A stretch of 64,000 nt of DNA, taken from IMG/VR virus record IMGVR_UViG_3300031772_000003, positions 99,717 through 163,716 of that record. The stretch is one strand, 5' to 3'. Each line of letters starts with the position of its first letter. Within the stretch, counting starts at the first letter, position 1. This document shows, piece by piece, positions 53,313-63,501 of the stretch. The notes beneath the pieces are model-generated. The model worked only from the letters and a program-made list of their open reading frames with translations, had not been told where the DNA came from and searched no databases. The position numbers were made by a program, and so were the translations under genes. This DNA is from a virus.

Positions 53313-53768
53313 CTACGGTTGAGCAGGAGGCGTACCACCGGTCTCCGGCCCAATTTCGCATGAATGCTGGCACCACATGCGGCAAGCGAGGTCGTCGCGC
53401 TCGGCGGGCAGGAACTGTGGCAGCGTCTGGAGCTCAGGCACATGGGCTTGGCCCCGGATCGCGCCGGTGCCCCTGCTGTAAGCGAGGCAGCGAACGTAGG
53501 CACGAGTGTGGTAGACCGGGAACTCGATGCGCCCACCGGGGTTGGTGTCCGCGGCGTGGGTGTAGCCCCGGACCCATGTGAGACCGTCCGCCGAATAGTC
53601 CAGAACGATGCGGACCGGGGCGGTATTGGCGGTATCGGCGATGAACTCCAGGTTGAGGAAATGGCACTGGTACGAGGGGTCACCCTCATGGTCTTCGAGC
53701 CTGAACACTTGGACCCACTGATCGGGGGCGAGACCAGCGAACAGCGATACACGGCTTGCGGTAGCCAC
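53313..53768 (-). CDS. Small beta-rich putative virion protein
   Basis: AAGGAG RBS; LDYSADGLTW motif like 19710..20060. Confidence 0.5.
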   Translation of the reverse strand: MATASRVSLFAGLAPDQWVQVFRLEDHEGDPSYQCHFLNLEFIADTANTAPVRIVLDYSADGLTWVRGYTHAADTNPGGRIEFPVYHTRAYVRCLAYSRGTGAIRGQAHVPELQTLPQFLPAERDDLACRMWCQHSCEIGPETGGTPPAQP

Positions 53769-54151
53769 GGCGTAACTCCTTCACGTTTCGGGCAGGGATC
53801 AGCACTTACAGGGCCGCCCCGGAGGCGAAGCGGCAGGCATCTCGTTGGCTCTATCTAATCTCCTACAGGGAACCCAAACGGCCTCTACCCACCAATGGGG
53901 CCCTGCTGCCTTCCGTAAGTAATAATACTGCGAACGGCCAAGACGCGATGCCGCGGCTTTCACGGCCATGAGGGCGTCGGTACGAAGCTCTCCACCAAAT
54001 GCCTGGGAGTGGGACAGGGCCAGGAGACGAACCGGTGCCCCCGGAGCGGCCCTGTAGAGGAACCATCCCTCCCTGCCTCCTCGGGATTCCTTGAGGGGCT
54101 GAATCCCCTGGCGTACCAGTTCCTGGCAGATGGGGCAGGAGGGGTCGCGCC

Positions 54152-54367
54152 TTATTTCCGCTCCAGCGCCGAGATCATCTTGTCGAGCTTGTACCATAGG
54201 ATGCCCAGAATCACGCCGATCTTAGCCCAGTCCGAGGACGATAGTTCCTCACACAGATGGCACAGGTGGACCCGCTGCTTCGCATCCTGGCACAGGCGTA
54301 GGGCACGCCGGAGCCGGCGCAGAGCCTCGTCCCTATCAGCCGCGAGCAGCAGGCGATCCACATCCAT
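54152..54367 (-). CDS. Small hypothetical protein
   Basis: AGGAG RBS; CHLC. Confidence 0.4.
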   Translation of the reverse strand: MDVDRLLLAADRDEALRRLRRALRLCQDAKQRVHLCHLCEELSSSDWAKIGVILGILWYKLDKMISALERK

Positions 54368-55412
54368 CAGATGCTCCTAGCGCATTCCCACGGGCCGGCC
54401 CGACGCCGATCGGGGGTCCGCCATAGATGTCTGCGGGCCCTCCAAGCGTGCGGACTGGCCCGCCACGACGCTGTTCTGGTGCTCTACACCCGCCGAGGCT
54501 GCGCGCTGCTTGCACTCGGCCTCGACGGTGCAAGAGGCACAGACCCCAGGGGTGCCGTACCATCCATCAGCGTAACCCCACTGCCCCAGGCAATGGAGGT
54601 GTTCCATCATCCCCGTCGAATTAACCTCGCTCATCACCAACCTCCTCACAGGCGAACCCGTAAAGATCAAGGGCCACACGGGCCGCCGCCACCCCCTCCT
54701 CGGGAACCACCACATCCACGCGACTGAAGAGACTCCGGGTCGGGACGGGCCGGACCTTAGCCGTCACGCCCTCACTAGCCAAGCAGGCCCTAACCGCCCA
54801 CGCCTCGGCCCCCTGTACCCTAAGTGTCTTATTCACTGGACCCATCCACAACGTCACACCGGGCCAGGATGCCGGGCAAAAGGTCTTCCGAAATGATGCT
54901 GCGCCTCGGGTCATCGGCCCGGAGTACTTTACGCCCCATGACGACGCAGGTGTCGCAGCCCAACTGGGGCAAGCCCCCAGCCTCCACGGGGGGCAGGAGC
55001 CACAAGCGGCCCCTGTAGCCCGGGGAAATATGCCGGCATCCCACGGCGCACCTAACTCCACGGCCAGGGCCTTGTTGCGTCTCGATCTCGAAATGATCGA
55101 ATGTCCCATCCAAGCGGAACACCCAGATCATCGTCGGGGTCGAGCCCAAGGGCTCTACCCGCAGCCGCACCCAATCAATTCCATGCTCGATGCATAGTTC
55201 CCCCAAAGGGGAACTATAGCGGCCGGGGCGTGGCAGTTGGACCGGCATTGCTCACCCCAACAAGACGCGCCGGCCCCCTCGGGACTCGGTCTTGGGCCGT
55301 AGGGTCTTAGATTCGCCACAGATGGTACATATCACCAAGACCTCTCCACTGGGCTTCTCCGAGTTCTCGACCTGCTGCCACCGGTGCTTACAGTTCATCT
55401 CGCGCTTTCCTC

Positions 55413-57563
55413 TCAACTTGTACCCTCCACCACCGCTTCCATTAGACTCTGGGGCCGCTTCACCCCTCCTATGGGGGCGACACCGGCAGCGGCCTTAACG
55501 ATCCGGACGCAATCGGCTGAGGGGGCCCAAATGGTACGGCCCTCGGTCAGCACCGAGCCATCCCACTTATAGGCCGCAACGGGGGGCAGTCCAGCAGGAG
55601 AGAGGTGCCAACTCGACATGTAGCCTGGGAACAACACGTCCTCCAAGAGCTTCCTGCCGGTGCTGAGACGCACCGCCGCGGCCAGCAACTCCGCGGGCTT
55701 GATCCCCTGCCAGTCCAGGGCCAATGCTTCGGGGTTGAACCTGTTGAGGTCGGCGGCGAGCCCACTGACCTGCAAGACGTACTTGGCCCACTCGTCTTTG
55801 GGCAGGCCCAACCGATCACCAGCGTCCGTGAGGGCCTCCACGGCCTCGGCGCGCATCTTCGCCGTCTCCGCGCGCTGTTTCTCCTCAAGGAAACTGATCG
55901 GGACCATGTGGATCTCGAACTCGTTACCGGGCTTGTAGGGATTGATGCCGCGCCAGCACAGATCGATCTGGAAGGCTCGGACCAATCCGGTAATGACGGC
56001 GCGCTGAATCCGCTTACACGACCTAGAAAATTGGATGTCAATTTGGCAGTTGTGTACGAAAGCCCCACAAGCCAAGGCGAAGTTGTGATGGCCATCCACA
56101 GACAAGTCATACACATCGGCAACACCGCCGGGCGCGACGGAGACAATCTTATGGTTACACGCCACCTTACCTAGCGAGACCCAACGGCCCCGCTTGTAGA
56201 AAGGCATTACCGAATCCCCCTCGCAAAGTGTACCAGCAGGCTTGTAGCTGCCGTCCCGCAGCATGACAGGGTGATCGGAGGTGCAGCGGAAGCTCTCCCC
56301 GTTATCCAGCACCACACAAAGAACAGGAGCCCCCTGTTTCGTCAGCCTGGCGGAGTGAGCAACCCCAGGACGCAGGCGGTGGTTCATGGGGTCTACGGCA
56401 TACACCCAAAACTCATCACCGGCCGCCCCCGCGGCAAGCTGCTCCATTGACAACACACGCCCATCCGCCAATGGAACCAGAGTATCACCCGTCAAACAGA
56501 GAGGACTTTGTCCCAGCACCCCGCCCCTAGCCTCTGAGAACCCCACATACTCCGGGGGCACCCTCACGGTGCCAAGGAAGCGCTTGCGGGCGTATTCCAC
56601 GTCTAAGACACGGCCCAAATCGGTGTTGCCCTTCAGGACATCCACGTCGACCATCTCGTCGTCAACATAAATGTCATCATCCACAGTGAACGGATCGATC
56701 TCGGATCGAACCTCCCCGGTAGTGGGGTCAATGAGCCGCTTCTTCCGGATCTCATCCCGCATCTCCTGCATCAGGCTACGGCGCTCCTCCGGCGAGAACT
56801 CCGCCGAGTTCTTAATCTTGAACCGGAGACGGTCCGGGGCGATTTTGAGGCGGAGAAGTATAAGGCTATCCTCTACCATTCTGAGTCTGCGAAAAGGCCG
56901 CCTTGCGGGCTGGAACACCGATGTTCCACCCTTCCCGGTGCGATCACGGCCCGACACCATGTACTGGACCAGGGACCACGGGAGCTCCGCTGGCTTGTCC
57001 TTGGAAGCGCTGTCCCCCACCTCCAAGCCAATCCTGTATCCAATCAGCCTGTTCACCTCATCCCACACAGGGGTCACGATCTTGGGGTCCAGGGGAACGG
57101 AACCAAACATGGGGCCCTTGAGCCCTGTCTTCGCATCCTCCTCCTGGAGGGGGCAATCGTAAGCCACCCCATACTTCGCGGTGTCCCTGGCGAGCCCGAA
57201 GACGTTGTCCTCGATCCTGAGCACGTCCCGCAGGAACTCCTCACCGAGCTTGGCGATGATCTCATTCTTGGAGGTGAGCCACACCGATCTGCCCGTAGCG
57301 TGGTCAATCTGCGTCGCGTCCTCGGCGTAGAGGTCGAGGATCGAGGACGGCAAGTCGTCCTCATCCATGACCTCATATTCCGCGAACCTCTGAATGCGGT
57401 CGGCACCGAGGCGCATTTGCCTGCGGAAGAACTCAGACACGAGGTCGGAGACGCCGCCCCGGCTCACGGCACCGGCGGGGCTGACCGGAGTGCGCGCGAG
57501 AGCGCCGCGCCGGCCCATACCCGTAGCGCGTTTAAGCCAGGACAAACCGGGGACACGAAGCAT
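55413..57563 (-). CDS. Portal protein (T4 gp20-like) with intein
   Basis: EYEVMD..ILDLYAEDAT and LRMVEDSLILLRLKIAPDR match the gp20 family; adjacent to TerL. Confidence 0.85.
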   Translation of the reverse strand: MLRVPGLSWLKRATGMGRRGALARTPVSPAGAVSRGGVSDLVSEFFRRQMRLGADRIQRFAEYEVMDEDDLPSSILDLYAEDATQIDHATGRSVWLTSKNEIIAKLGEEFLRDVLRIEDNVFGLARDTAKYGVAYDCPLQEEDAKTGLKGPMFGSVPLDPKIVTPVWDEVNRLIGYRIGLEVGDSASKDKPAELPWSLVQYMVSGRDRTGKGGTSVFQPARRPFRRLRMVEDSLILLRLKIAPDRLRFKIKNSAEFSPEERRSLMQEMRDEIRKKRLIDPTTGEVRSEIDPFTVDDDIYVDDEMVDVDVLKGNTDLGRVLDVEYARKRFLGTVRVPPEYVGFSEARGGVLGQSPLCLTGDTLVPLADGRVLSMEQLAAGAAGDEFWVYAVDPMNHRLRPGVAHSARLTKQGAPVLCVVLDNGESFRCTSDHPVMLRDGSYKPAGTLCEGDSVMPFYKRGRWVSLGKVACNHKIVSVAPGGVADVYDLSVDGHHNFALACGAFVHNCQIDIQFSRSCKRIQRAVITGLVRAFQIDLCWRGINPYKPGNEFEIHMVPISFLEEKQRAETAKMRAEAVEALTDAGDRLGLPKDEWAKYVLQVSGLAADLNRFNPEALALDWQGIKPAELLAAAVRLSTGRKLLEDVLFPGYMSSWHLSPAGLPPVAAYKWDGSVLTEGRTIWAPSADCVRIVKAAAGVAPIGGVKRPQSLMEAVVEGTS
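56049..56498 (-). mobile_element. Mini-intein (150 aa) in portal
   Basis: CLTGDT block A, TSDHP block B, VYDLSV block F, VHN/C splice junction; no endonuclease. Confidence 0.9.
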
Positions 57564-59794
57564 CAGTGGGTTCCTATGCTAACGGCACCACGGTAGCGGT
57601 TCATGTAGGCCCTATGGCCAACCCGAACCGACAAATCAACTCCCTCCAGGACATGTGCGGCCACAGCCACGGCGGCGTCCAAAACATCCTTGGAGTTGTG
57701 TACAAACACCCCAGCAGACAAGGCAAAGTTACTGTAGTCATCAACCTCTAGATCATACGCAGGGACACTCGTACTCAGGGACCTAACTGAAATAACTTTG
57801 TGGTTCTGGCCTGCTCCATAATACCTGTAGAGGGGCATCAGTGAGACCCCACGCTGTAGCTCGCCCGCAGGGCAATAGCTCCCATCTCGTAGCATGAATG
57901 GATGATCTGCGGTACACACCACTGCATGGTCATTGTCCAAGACCACCTCAACCATCTGGGCAGTCTTGGTCAATCTAGCTGCCCTTGCCTTGCCAGGCAC
58001 TACCTCGCCACTAGGCTTACAGGAGTAGACCCAGAACTCCTCGCCCGCGGCTCCCTCAGCAAGCTCCTGCATAGTGAGTGTTGTACCGTTCAACAAGGGA
58101 ACCCTCGTATGCCCCGCCAGACAACCACCAGTCGAGTGGTCTATTACGCCGGCCGTGGTGTCCTTCAGTACCTGCTCGGCCTCGGCCAGAACAGGAGCGT
58201 ATCTATACCAGTTTACGCGCCGGTCCAGGACCGCCTTTCGGAACGTGAGGTAGGGATCGAGGCCGACGCTGAACTGTGAGGCGTTGATCCCGGCGACATT
58301 GAGCATCTGGATGTTCTGGCGCGATTGGAACTGATCGTAGGTCACGGCCCCGATGGGAAGGCCCTGCTCCCGGAGCCATTTGATGAACTGCACCACCGCG
58401 GTCAAGTCCACCTCCTCACCCAACGGAGCCTTGACACGCAGAAGCAGATCGTAGTAGACCCCAGCCCCCGTAACACCGTACATTCTGTGGCCCACAGCAA
58501 GGCCCAAGGCATCCCACTTCAAGCCGATATCGACGTGGATGTGGCGGGCCATCCCCGGGTTGACCAGCGGCACGGGGACGGAATGGGCAATGTGAAAGAG
58601 CCTGGCGGGGGCAACCACCTCCTCGATTCCGCGGTTGCGGCCCACGCCAAGATAGCGAACCTCATCCACCGTAGTAGGCGAGACGCGCAGGGGATCGACG
58701 CAATTCTCCAAACAGGCCGCGTCCGGAAAGAGACGCTGGACTGAAGCAACGCTGAACCCACCAAGGTCCATCAGGGCCTCACCGGGGTCCTGCACGAACT
58801 CATTGTATAGCTCAATGGGAACGGAGGCGATACGAACCCCTGTGGGTGGCACCTCACCGGGCTCTAGGATGACAGACCGATGGGTCTCGTCCCCGATAAC
58901 GACATCAAAAGTCTCGCCACTAAACCGTCCCGAACCACCGCGGGCGTCCCAGAGCGTCATTGACGTGACGTGGGTATGGGGATCGTCCTGGTGTTTCCGC
59001 TCGTGCTCATCCAAAAAACTGCTCGGGGTCTCCTGGGATGACATCAAGATCATAAGACAAGGCAGCCTGCCCCCCCACTGGATGAACCTACTAACCATAC
59101 GCCGGCGCGATGCCCTGTAGAGGTCGTGGGCCCTGGTTTGTTCCCCAGGTTTCCCGCTAAGTTTCCGCTTGTGCCGATAGAAGTTGGCCTCATCCAGTGT
59201 CACCCCAAAGAGGTTCTCACCCTGGACATGCCCGGCCAACGAGCCGCTATGGATGACAACCCGCTTCTGCGGCCACACAATCTTATCCCCAGACCTAGCC
59301 TGCCGGGGGTAGTGTTTTTGGAACCACGGCGATTCGTCAACCCATGTCTGGAGCGCATCGATCCCACTCTCTGCCCGCTCCAATGTGATGTTGAGGATTG
59401 CAAAGAATATCCATGAGCCACGCAGCAATCCATAGTACTCCGCTGGGCTGCCTTTGAGAAGCAATTGGCAGTAGGCTTTGTACAAGATTGCCGCAGAGGC
59501 CGTCGTTGTCTTAAATGTGCCGATTGCCCCCTTCATGATCCACTCCACAATGGGACTATCGGGGGCCAGGACGATCTCAAGTTCGCGCAGCCACGTCTCG
59601 CTACATGCCCCCATGAACTTGCCCAGATAGTGCTCGTCCTGAAGGAATTGGCGGATCGGGACCGGGGGCTCCTCATAGTCCCACGCCCATGCCGCCGCCA
59701 CTGCAGCGTCAACACGCCCGTCCGCCAAGTGCTCGGCGAGCCAAGCCCTAGCCTGGGGGGAGAGCGATTCGAGTTCCGGGACCAGTGTGTCCAT
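57563..59794 (-). CDS. terL: Terminase large subunit with intein
   Basis: GAIGTFKTT Walker A, VTLDE Walker B, HVDIG and SKDVLDA nuclease motifs; start moved to MDTLVP. Confidence 0.85.
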   Translation of the reverse strand: MDTLVPELESLSPQARAWLAEHLADGRVDAAVAAAWAWDYEEPPVPIRQFLQDEHYLGKFMGACSETWLRELEIVLAPDSPIVEWIMKGAIGTFKTTTASAAILYKAYCQLLLKGSPAEYYGLLRGSWIFFAILNITLERAESGIDALQTWVDESPWFQKHYPRQARSGDKIVWPQKRVVIHSGSLAGHVQGENLFGVTLDEANFYRHKRKLSGKPGEQTRAHDLYRASRRRMVSRFIQWGGRLPCLMILMSSQETPSSFLDEHERKHQDDPHTHVTSMTLWDARGGSGRFSGETFDVVIGDETHRSVILEPGEVPPTGVRIASVPIELYNEFVQDPGEALMDLGGFSVASVQRLFPDAACLENCVDPLRVSPTTVDEVRYLGVGRNRGIEEVVAPARLFHIAHSVPVPLVNPGMARHIHVDIGLKWDALGLAVGHRMYGVTGAGVYYDLLLRVKAPLGEEVDLTAVVQFIKWLREQGLPIGAVTYDQFQSRQNIQMLNVAGINASQFSVGLDPYLTFRKAVLDRRVNWYRYAPVLAEAEQVLKDTTAGVIDHSTGGCLAGHTRVPLLNGTTLTMQELAEGAAGEEFWVYSCKPSGEVVPGKARAARLTKTAQMVEVVLDNDHAVVCTADHPFMLRDGSYCPAGELQRGVSLMPLYRYYGAGQNHKVISVRSLSTSVPAYDLEVDDYSNFALSAGVFVHNSKDVLDAAVAVAAHVLEGVDLSVRVGHRAYMNRYRGAVSIGTH
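57695..58123 (-). mobile_element. Mini-intein (143 aa) in terminase nuclease domain
   Basis: CLAGHT, TADHP, AYDLEV, VHN/S. Confidence 0.9.
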
Positions 59795-60437
59795 CTTGCT
59801 GCATTCCCTGGAGACGGGCGAGGACACGCCGGATCGCCTCACGGTCTGATGGGGGCAATACCGCCTCCTCCCCACCCAACGGCTCTTGGTCGGCTCCAAG
59901 TTCCTTGAGAAGGGTTTCCAACCGTTGCGCCAGCGTCGCGGTCCCACGGCTATCCTTGTCCACCGCCGCGGTAATCATCGCCAAGTCTGCCGCAATCGAC
60001 TGCTCCAGCCGTGCCTGGAGAGTAGTGACCTCGACGGTCTTGAGCGTCCCCAGCCCCTTGAGGTCCTCAGCCCGGCGCTTCAACTCAGCATCCACGTCCA
60101 GCAGAGCGGAGTTGAGCCCGTTGATCCGGTCGATTCGCGTCAGCATCAAGAGGTGAAAGGCCAGCCTGATCTTGACATCCTGTTCCCGGAGCCTAGCTAG
60201 GGCGGCAGCCGGCAGGTCTCTGTTCTCGCTGCCGTCCTCCAGCCATTGAGCCACAGCGCCTAGCAACTCGATCAGGGTCTGGCGGCGCACCCTAATCGGT
60301 GGCACCCTCAGCGCCGTGTGGATGTGCAGATGCCCACCCAACGCCTTACGGCTCGTAAATATCTTGGGGCAGTGGGGGCAGGGGTGACACTCCACTAACG
60401 CTGTCGCCGCTGTTGTCGCCGCCCCTTCTTCAGGCAT
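59748..60437 (-). CDS. C2H2 zinc-finger coiled-coil protein; candidate small terminase
   Basis: CPHCPKIFTSRKALGGHLHIH; position directly upstream of terL. Confidence 0.55.
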   Translation of the reverse strand: MPEEGAATTAATALVECHPCPHCPKIFTSRKALGGHLHIHTALRVPPIRVRRQTLIELLGAVAQWLEDGSENRDLPAAALARLREQDVKIRLAFHLLMLTRIDRINGLNSALLDVDAELKRRAEDLKGLGTLKTVEVTTLQARLEQSIAADLAMITAAVDKDSRGTATLAQRLETLLKELGADQEPLGGEEAVLPPSDREAIRRVLARLQGMQQDGHTGPGTRIALPPG

Positions 60438-60475
60438 GGCCCAACCTCATTCCGAACCTACCCTCCCCCCGTATA

Positions 60476-61123
60476 TTATACCCCGCGTTCGCCAATAAGC
60501 AACCGACCATATCTGCACAGAGCCAGAGCATCGGCTCTACCATCCGCGTTCCCCACCGCTGCGTCGGGGAACCAGTCTCGCACCTTCGATTTCACCTCAG
60601 CCTTCACTCCCCGCTTCCGCTCCGCCAGCAGTCGCCGATGCTCCTTTAATGCCGCTGCGTCCTCATCTTTTGCCTTCTCCTCCTCATCCTCAGTAAGCGC
60701 CAGCCCGTCCATAGAGACACGAGCCTGAGCCTTCGGCCTCTTTGGGGCAAGGGGCATGACGATGCCCAGGGCCTTCTGCCACTTTCTGCCCCCCACCTCC
60801 ACGAGTTGCAGCGGGGGCAGGCCAGGAGCGCGGTGCCGCTGCATCGACCTGATACGGTCCCTGAGAGCCCCATAGTTCACGGCAAATGTCCAACCACTCA
60901 CCGAGCCCTGGCCCGGGAATGCGTGCTGCTCCTCCAAGATAACACAGTCAATCGCATGCCCTGTTTCGGCCTCCCACCCCAGCAGTGTCGTCTCGACCAC
61001 ATCCGTATCCACGTCGTTACCCCGACCCCTAGCGGGCATGTCGAGGAAATGTACCTGCCCCGTCTCTACACACAAACCCGCAACGGCCCCCGCCTTTCCA
61101 GGATCGATCCCCGCGATCAACAC
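60476..61123 (-). CDS. RuvC-like Holliday junction resolvase
   Basis: IAGIDPG, ILEEQ, FPGQG, DGRADALAL; AAGGAG RBS. Confidence 0.8.
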   Translation of the reverse strand: MLIAGIDPGKAGAVAGLCVETGQVHFLDMPARGRGNDVDTDVVETTLLGWEAETGHAIDCVILEEQHAFPGQGSVSGWTFAVNYGALRDRIRSMQRHRAPGLPPLQLVEVGGRKWQKALGIVMPLAPKRPKAQARVSMDGLALTEDEEEKAKDEDAAALKEHRRLLAERKRGVKAEVKSKVRDWFPDAAVGNADGRADALALCRYGRLLIGERGV

Positions 61124-61137
61124 GGTATTTCTCCTTC

Positions 61138-62952
61138 TCAAAATACATCATTCCACAAGTCCTGCCACGTCCCCTCATCGGCAAGCAAGCCGCGAGCCTT
61201 GCGTTCAAGGCTGCCGTAGGCAGCCACCACCACGGGCCTCTCCAGACCAGTAGCGTCCACAAGGGTGGCGACCTTGTTGCCTACGCCAAGGCCACCCTGC
61301 TCGCCCAGGAGGCACTGCAGCAGGAGCGCCTCGGCCTCATTGAGCATGCCCTCTAGCTCCCCGAGCAGAACAGCGGGATCGACGGGGACGGCAGAGGGGG
61401 CCGCGTAGTCCTCGGAGACCCCACCCGGAGCGCGCCTGTCCCGCTCCCTATAACGAGCCCGCAACTTGTCGAGGAAGCGATACCCAAGCATCGCATGGAG
61501 AAAACCGACCTTGTTAGTGGTCCCTTGCCACTTCGGTTGGCCCATCCACTGGAGCGTAAGTTGCCACCCATCCTGGTACAGGTCGTCGTAGGACTCGATG
61601 TAGGCATAATGAGCGGCAACGCCGCGGATCAGGTGGTCCACCGTCTCGAATGAGATGCCACCGATCTGTAGTGGTGTCTCGTCTACCCTGGTTTGCGGCG
61701 CATGGAGCCCCGAAGGCAGACCTTCCTCTGCCTCAACCCCCCATGGCGGGGGGCACAGCCGACCAGTTATAGGCTGCTCGCCTGCAGGAATCCCACCTGC
61801 ATCGTGCCTCTCGGCGGGGTTGGCCACCGCTGCTGGACACAGCCCTGCAAGGGCGGCTTGGGGCCGGAGCACGCGCTTCAGCCCCGGCCACCGCTTGCGG
61901 CTCAGAGCAATGGACACACCTCTTCCTTCAAGGTTCAGTATGCCCTTCTCCATGCCGCAAGTGGCCTTGAAATCCATCCGTTCCTTGAACCATAGGCCGC
62001 GGCGCGCAATGATCATCGCCGCAGCCCCCTGGTCCGACAGGGAGTACATGCGTCGGTACTTGAGGCTGCCCAACTCCACCATGAACGCCGTATCCACCTC
62101 CATGGCCTCGACGCCACGCCGCATCGCTCGTGACAACAGCGCCTCCACGGCCTCTCGATGCCGGGTCTGATCCCTATGGGGTCCCGCGATCCTGCCTCGG
62201 GTCTCCACGACGAGCTTACGTCCCCGCTTCTCCGCTTCCCGTAATATGTCCGCCGCGCCGGCTCGCACGTCACTGAGCCGCTTGCCGGGCCCCGCACCCC
62301 ACCTCACCGCTGCACCTACATGGTGCCCCACCACATTCCCGTCCGGCCCCACCTCCAGCACAGCCACGCCTAGTGGCCCAATCGTGACCCCCAGAGCCCC
62401 ATGGTTGATCCGCACCGGAGGCTTGGACGCATCCCACTCGATCCGAAACACGAAGGAGCCGTCGCGGCGGAGCAAGCGGACGGCATAGCAGGTGGGATCG
62501 GGCTGGAACTTGGTGGGCACGTAGGCCCGCCCCTCAATCCAGCGGCCCCGTGGATCGCGCACCCGCAAGACGCTGCCGCGGAGTTGGATGTGGGGATTGC
62601 CACCACGGCCCCGGTCGCCACGTGAGTACAACTGAGAGTTCCGGCGAGCCTGCCAGTCCTCACGGCTAATCCGTCCCGCTTGGAGGTCATCCCAAGCGCT
62701 GCGGCCCCCAAAGACAAAATTGGGGTAGCGCACTACCTGCACCATCGAACATGCGTCGTTGATGTAGCCCTGGTTCAGTGGCTCCATGTAGCGGCGCTTG
62801 ACGTATCGCCTGACCTTGTTACCACGGAGGCCGTGTTTCTGGTACGCTTGGCAGGCACTGCGGACAGCAGAGCATTGGAGCCGCATTAACTCCAATACCC
62901 GCTCCGCATCGGGCGGGGAGAACCAGACGGAACCGTGCGCGACGCACCTCAA
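61138..62952 (-). CDS. Degenerate TnpB-related (IS200/IS605 accessory) domain fused to ECF-type sigma domain
   Basis: LMR..SAVR, LYSRGD..GGNP, GVTIGP, LVVE, KY...SLS..AAAMIIARRG; C-terminal DDLYQDGW..FLDKLR (region 2) and LNEAE..TGLE (region 4). Confidence 0.65.
   Translation of the reverse strand: MRCVAHGSVWFSPPDAERVLELMRLQCSAVRSACQAYQKHGLRGNKVRRYVKRRYMEPLNQGYINDACSMVQVVRYPNFVFGGRSAWDDLQAGRISREDWQARRNSQLYSRGDRGRGGNPHIQLRGSVLRVRDPRGRWIEGRAYVPTKFQPDPTCYAVRLLRRDGSFVFRIEWDASKPPVRINHGALGVTIGPLGVAVLEVGPDGNVVGHHVGAAVRWGAGPGKRLSDVRAGAADILREAEKRGRKLVVETRGRIAGPHRDQTRHREAVEALLSRAMRRGVEAMEVDTAFMVELGSLKYRRMYSLSDQGAAAMIIARRGLWFKERMDFKATCGMEKGILNLEGRGVSIALSRKRWPGLKRVLRPQAALAGLCPAAVANPAERHDAGGIPAGEQPITGRLCPPPWGVEAEEGLPSGLHAPQTRVDETPLQIGGISFETVDHLIRGVAAHYAYIESYDDLYQDGWQLTLQWMGQPKWQGTTNKVGFLHAMLGYRFLDKLRARYRERDRRAPGGVSEDYAAPSAVPVDPAVLLGELEGMLNEAEALLLQCLLGEQGGLGVGNKVATLVDATGLERPVVVAAYGSLERKARGLLADEGTWQDLWNDVF
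61690..61860 (-). ncRNA. Hairpin-dense segment; candidate omega-RNA scaffold overlapping the ORF linker
   Basis: GCAGG/CCTGC, CAGCC/GGCTG, CCCCCC/GGGGGG, AGGCAGA/TCTGCCT stems right after the TnpB-like coding region. Confidence 0.45.
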
Positions 62953-62987
62953 CAGGCCACTCCTCAAGCCCTGCTGATCGCGGGCAG

Positions 62988-63461
62988 TTACCGCATTATA
63001 TCACCATCGGGACCGAATGTCAAGCCCCCACGCTTCCGTTCCACCAAATTGCTGCGTCGCTTCCGGCCCGCGACAAGCGTTACCCCAAGCAGTTCCACGG
63101 GGTCACTCACAACGAGCAGATCGGCACCGGTGACCTCCACTGATGTCCGGGTGCGAAGAGCGTTGATCCTCGCGGTGCCGTAGGTCCCTGGGGTGCCGGC
63201 ATCCTCCGCGAACCGTTGGATCACCATCATCGCATCCTCGCGGGGGGCATCGAACTCAAAGACGGTATAGGAGTCCGCGTACCGCACCCTGATCCAACCA
63301 TTCTTCAGCACCCGACGCAGAATCTCCTCCCGCGTTCCAATACTATCCCCCCGGGCCAAACCAAAGCGGGAGGGGGTCACCAGCACAGCGGCCAAGTGCT
63401 CCTCGACCGGGAACGCCCGGCCATCACGGATTCTCAGCCACCAACCCTCACCAATGGGCAC
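62988..63461 (-). CDS. Stand-alone GW..DG..H..GWIR domain protein
   Basis: GEGWWL..DG..EEH..KNGWIRV; GGAGG RBS; same pattern repeated in both giant proteins. Confidence 0.6.
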   Translation of the reverse strand: MPIGEGWWLRIRDGRAFPVEEHLAAVLVTPSRFGLARGDSIGTREEILRRVLKNGWIRVRYADSYTVFEFDAPREDAMMVIQRFAEDAGTPGTYGTARINALRTRTSVEVTGADLLVVSDPVELLGVTLVAGRKRRSNLVERKRGGLTFGPDGDIMR

Positions 63462-63501
63462 CGGTAACCTCCATGTCCTACAGAATCAAAGTGGGCACCA
63501 A

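Noticed and set aside
55194-55217. 10-bp hairpin ATAGTTCCCC-CAAA-GGGGAACTAT
   Set aside because: Single occurrence with no U tract or context; not enough to call a function
61138-62967. Active IS200/IS605 or IS607 element
   Set aside because: No transposase, no room for a left end, catalytic Asp missing
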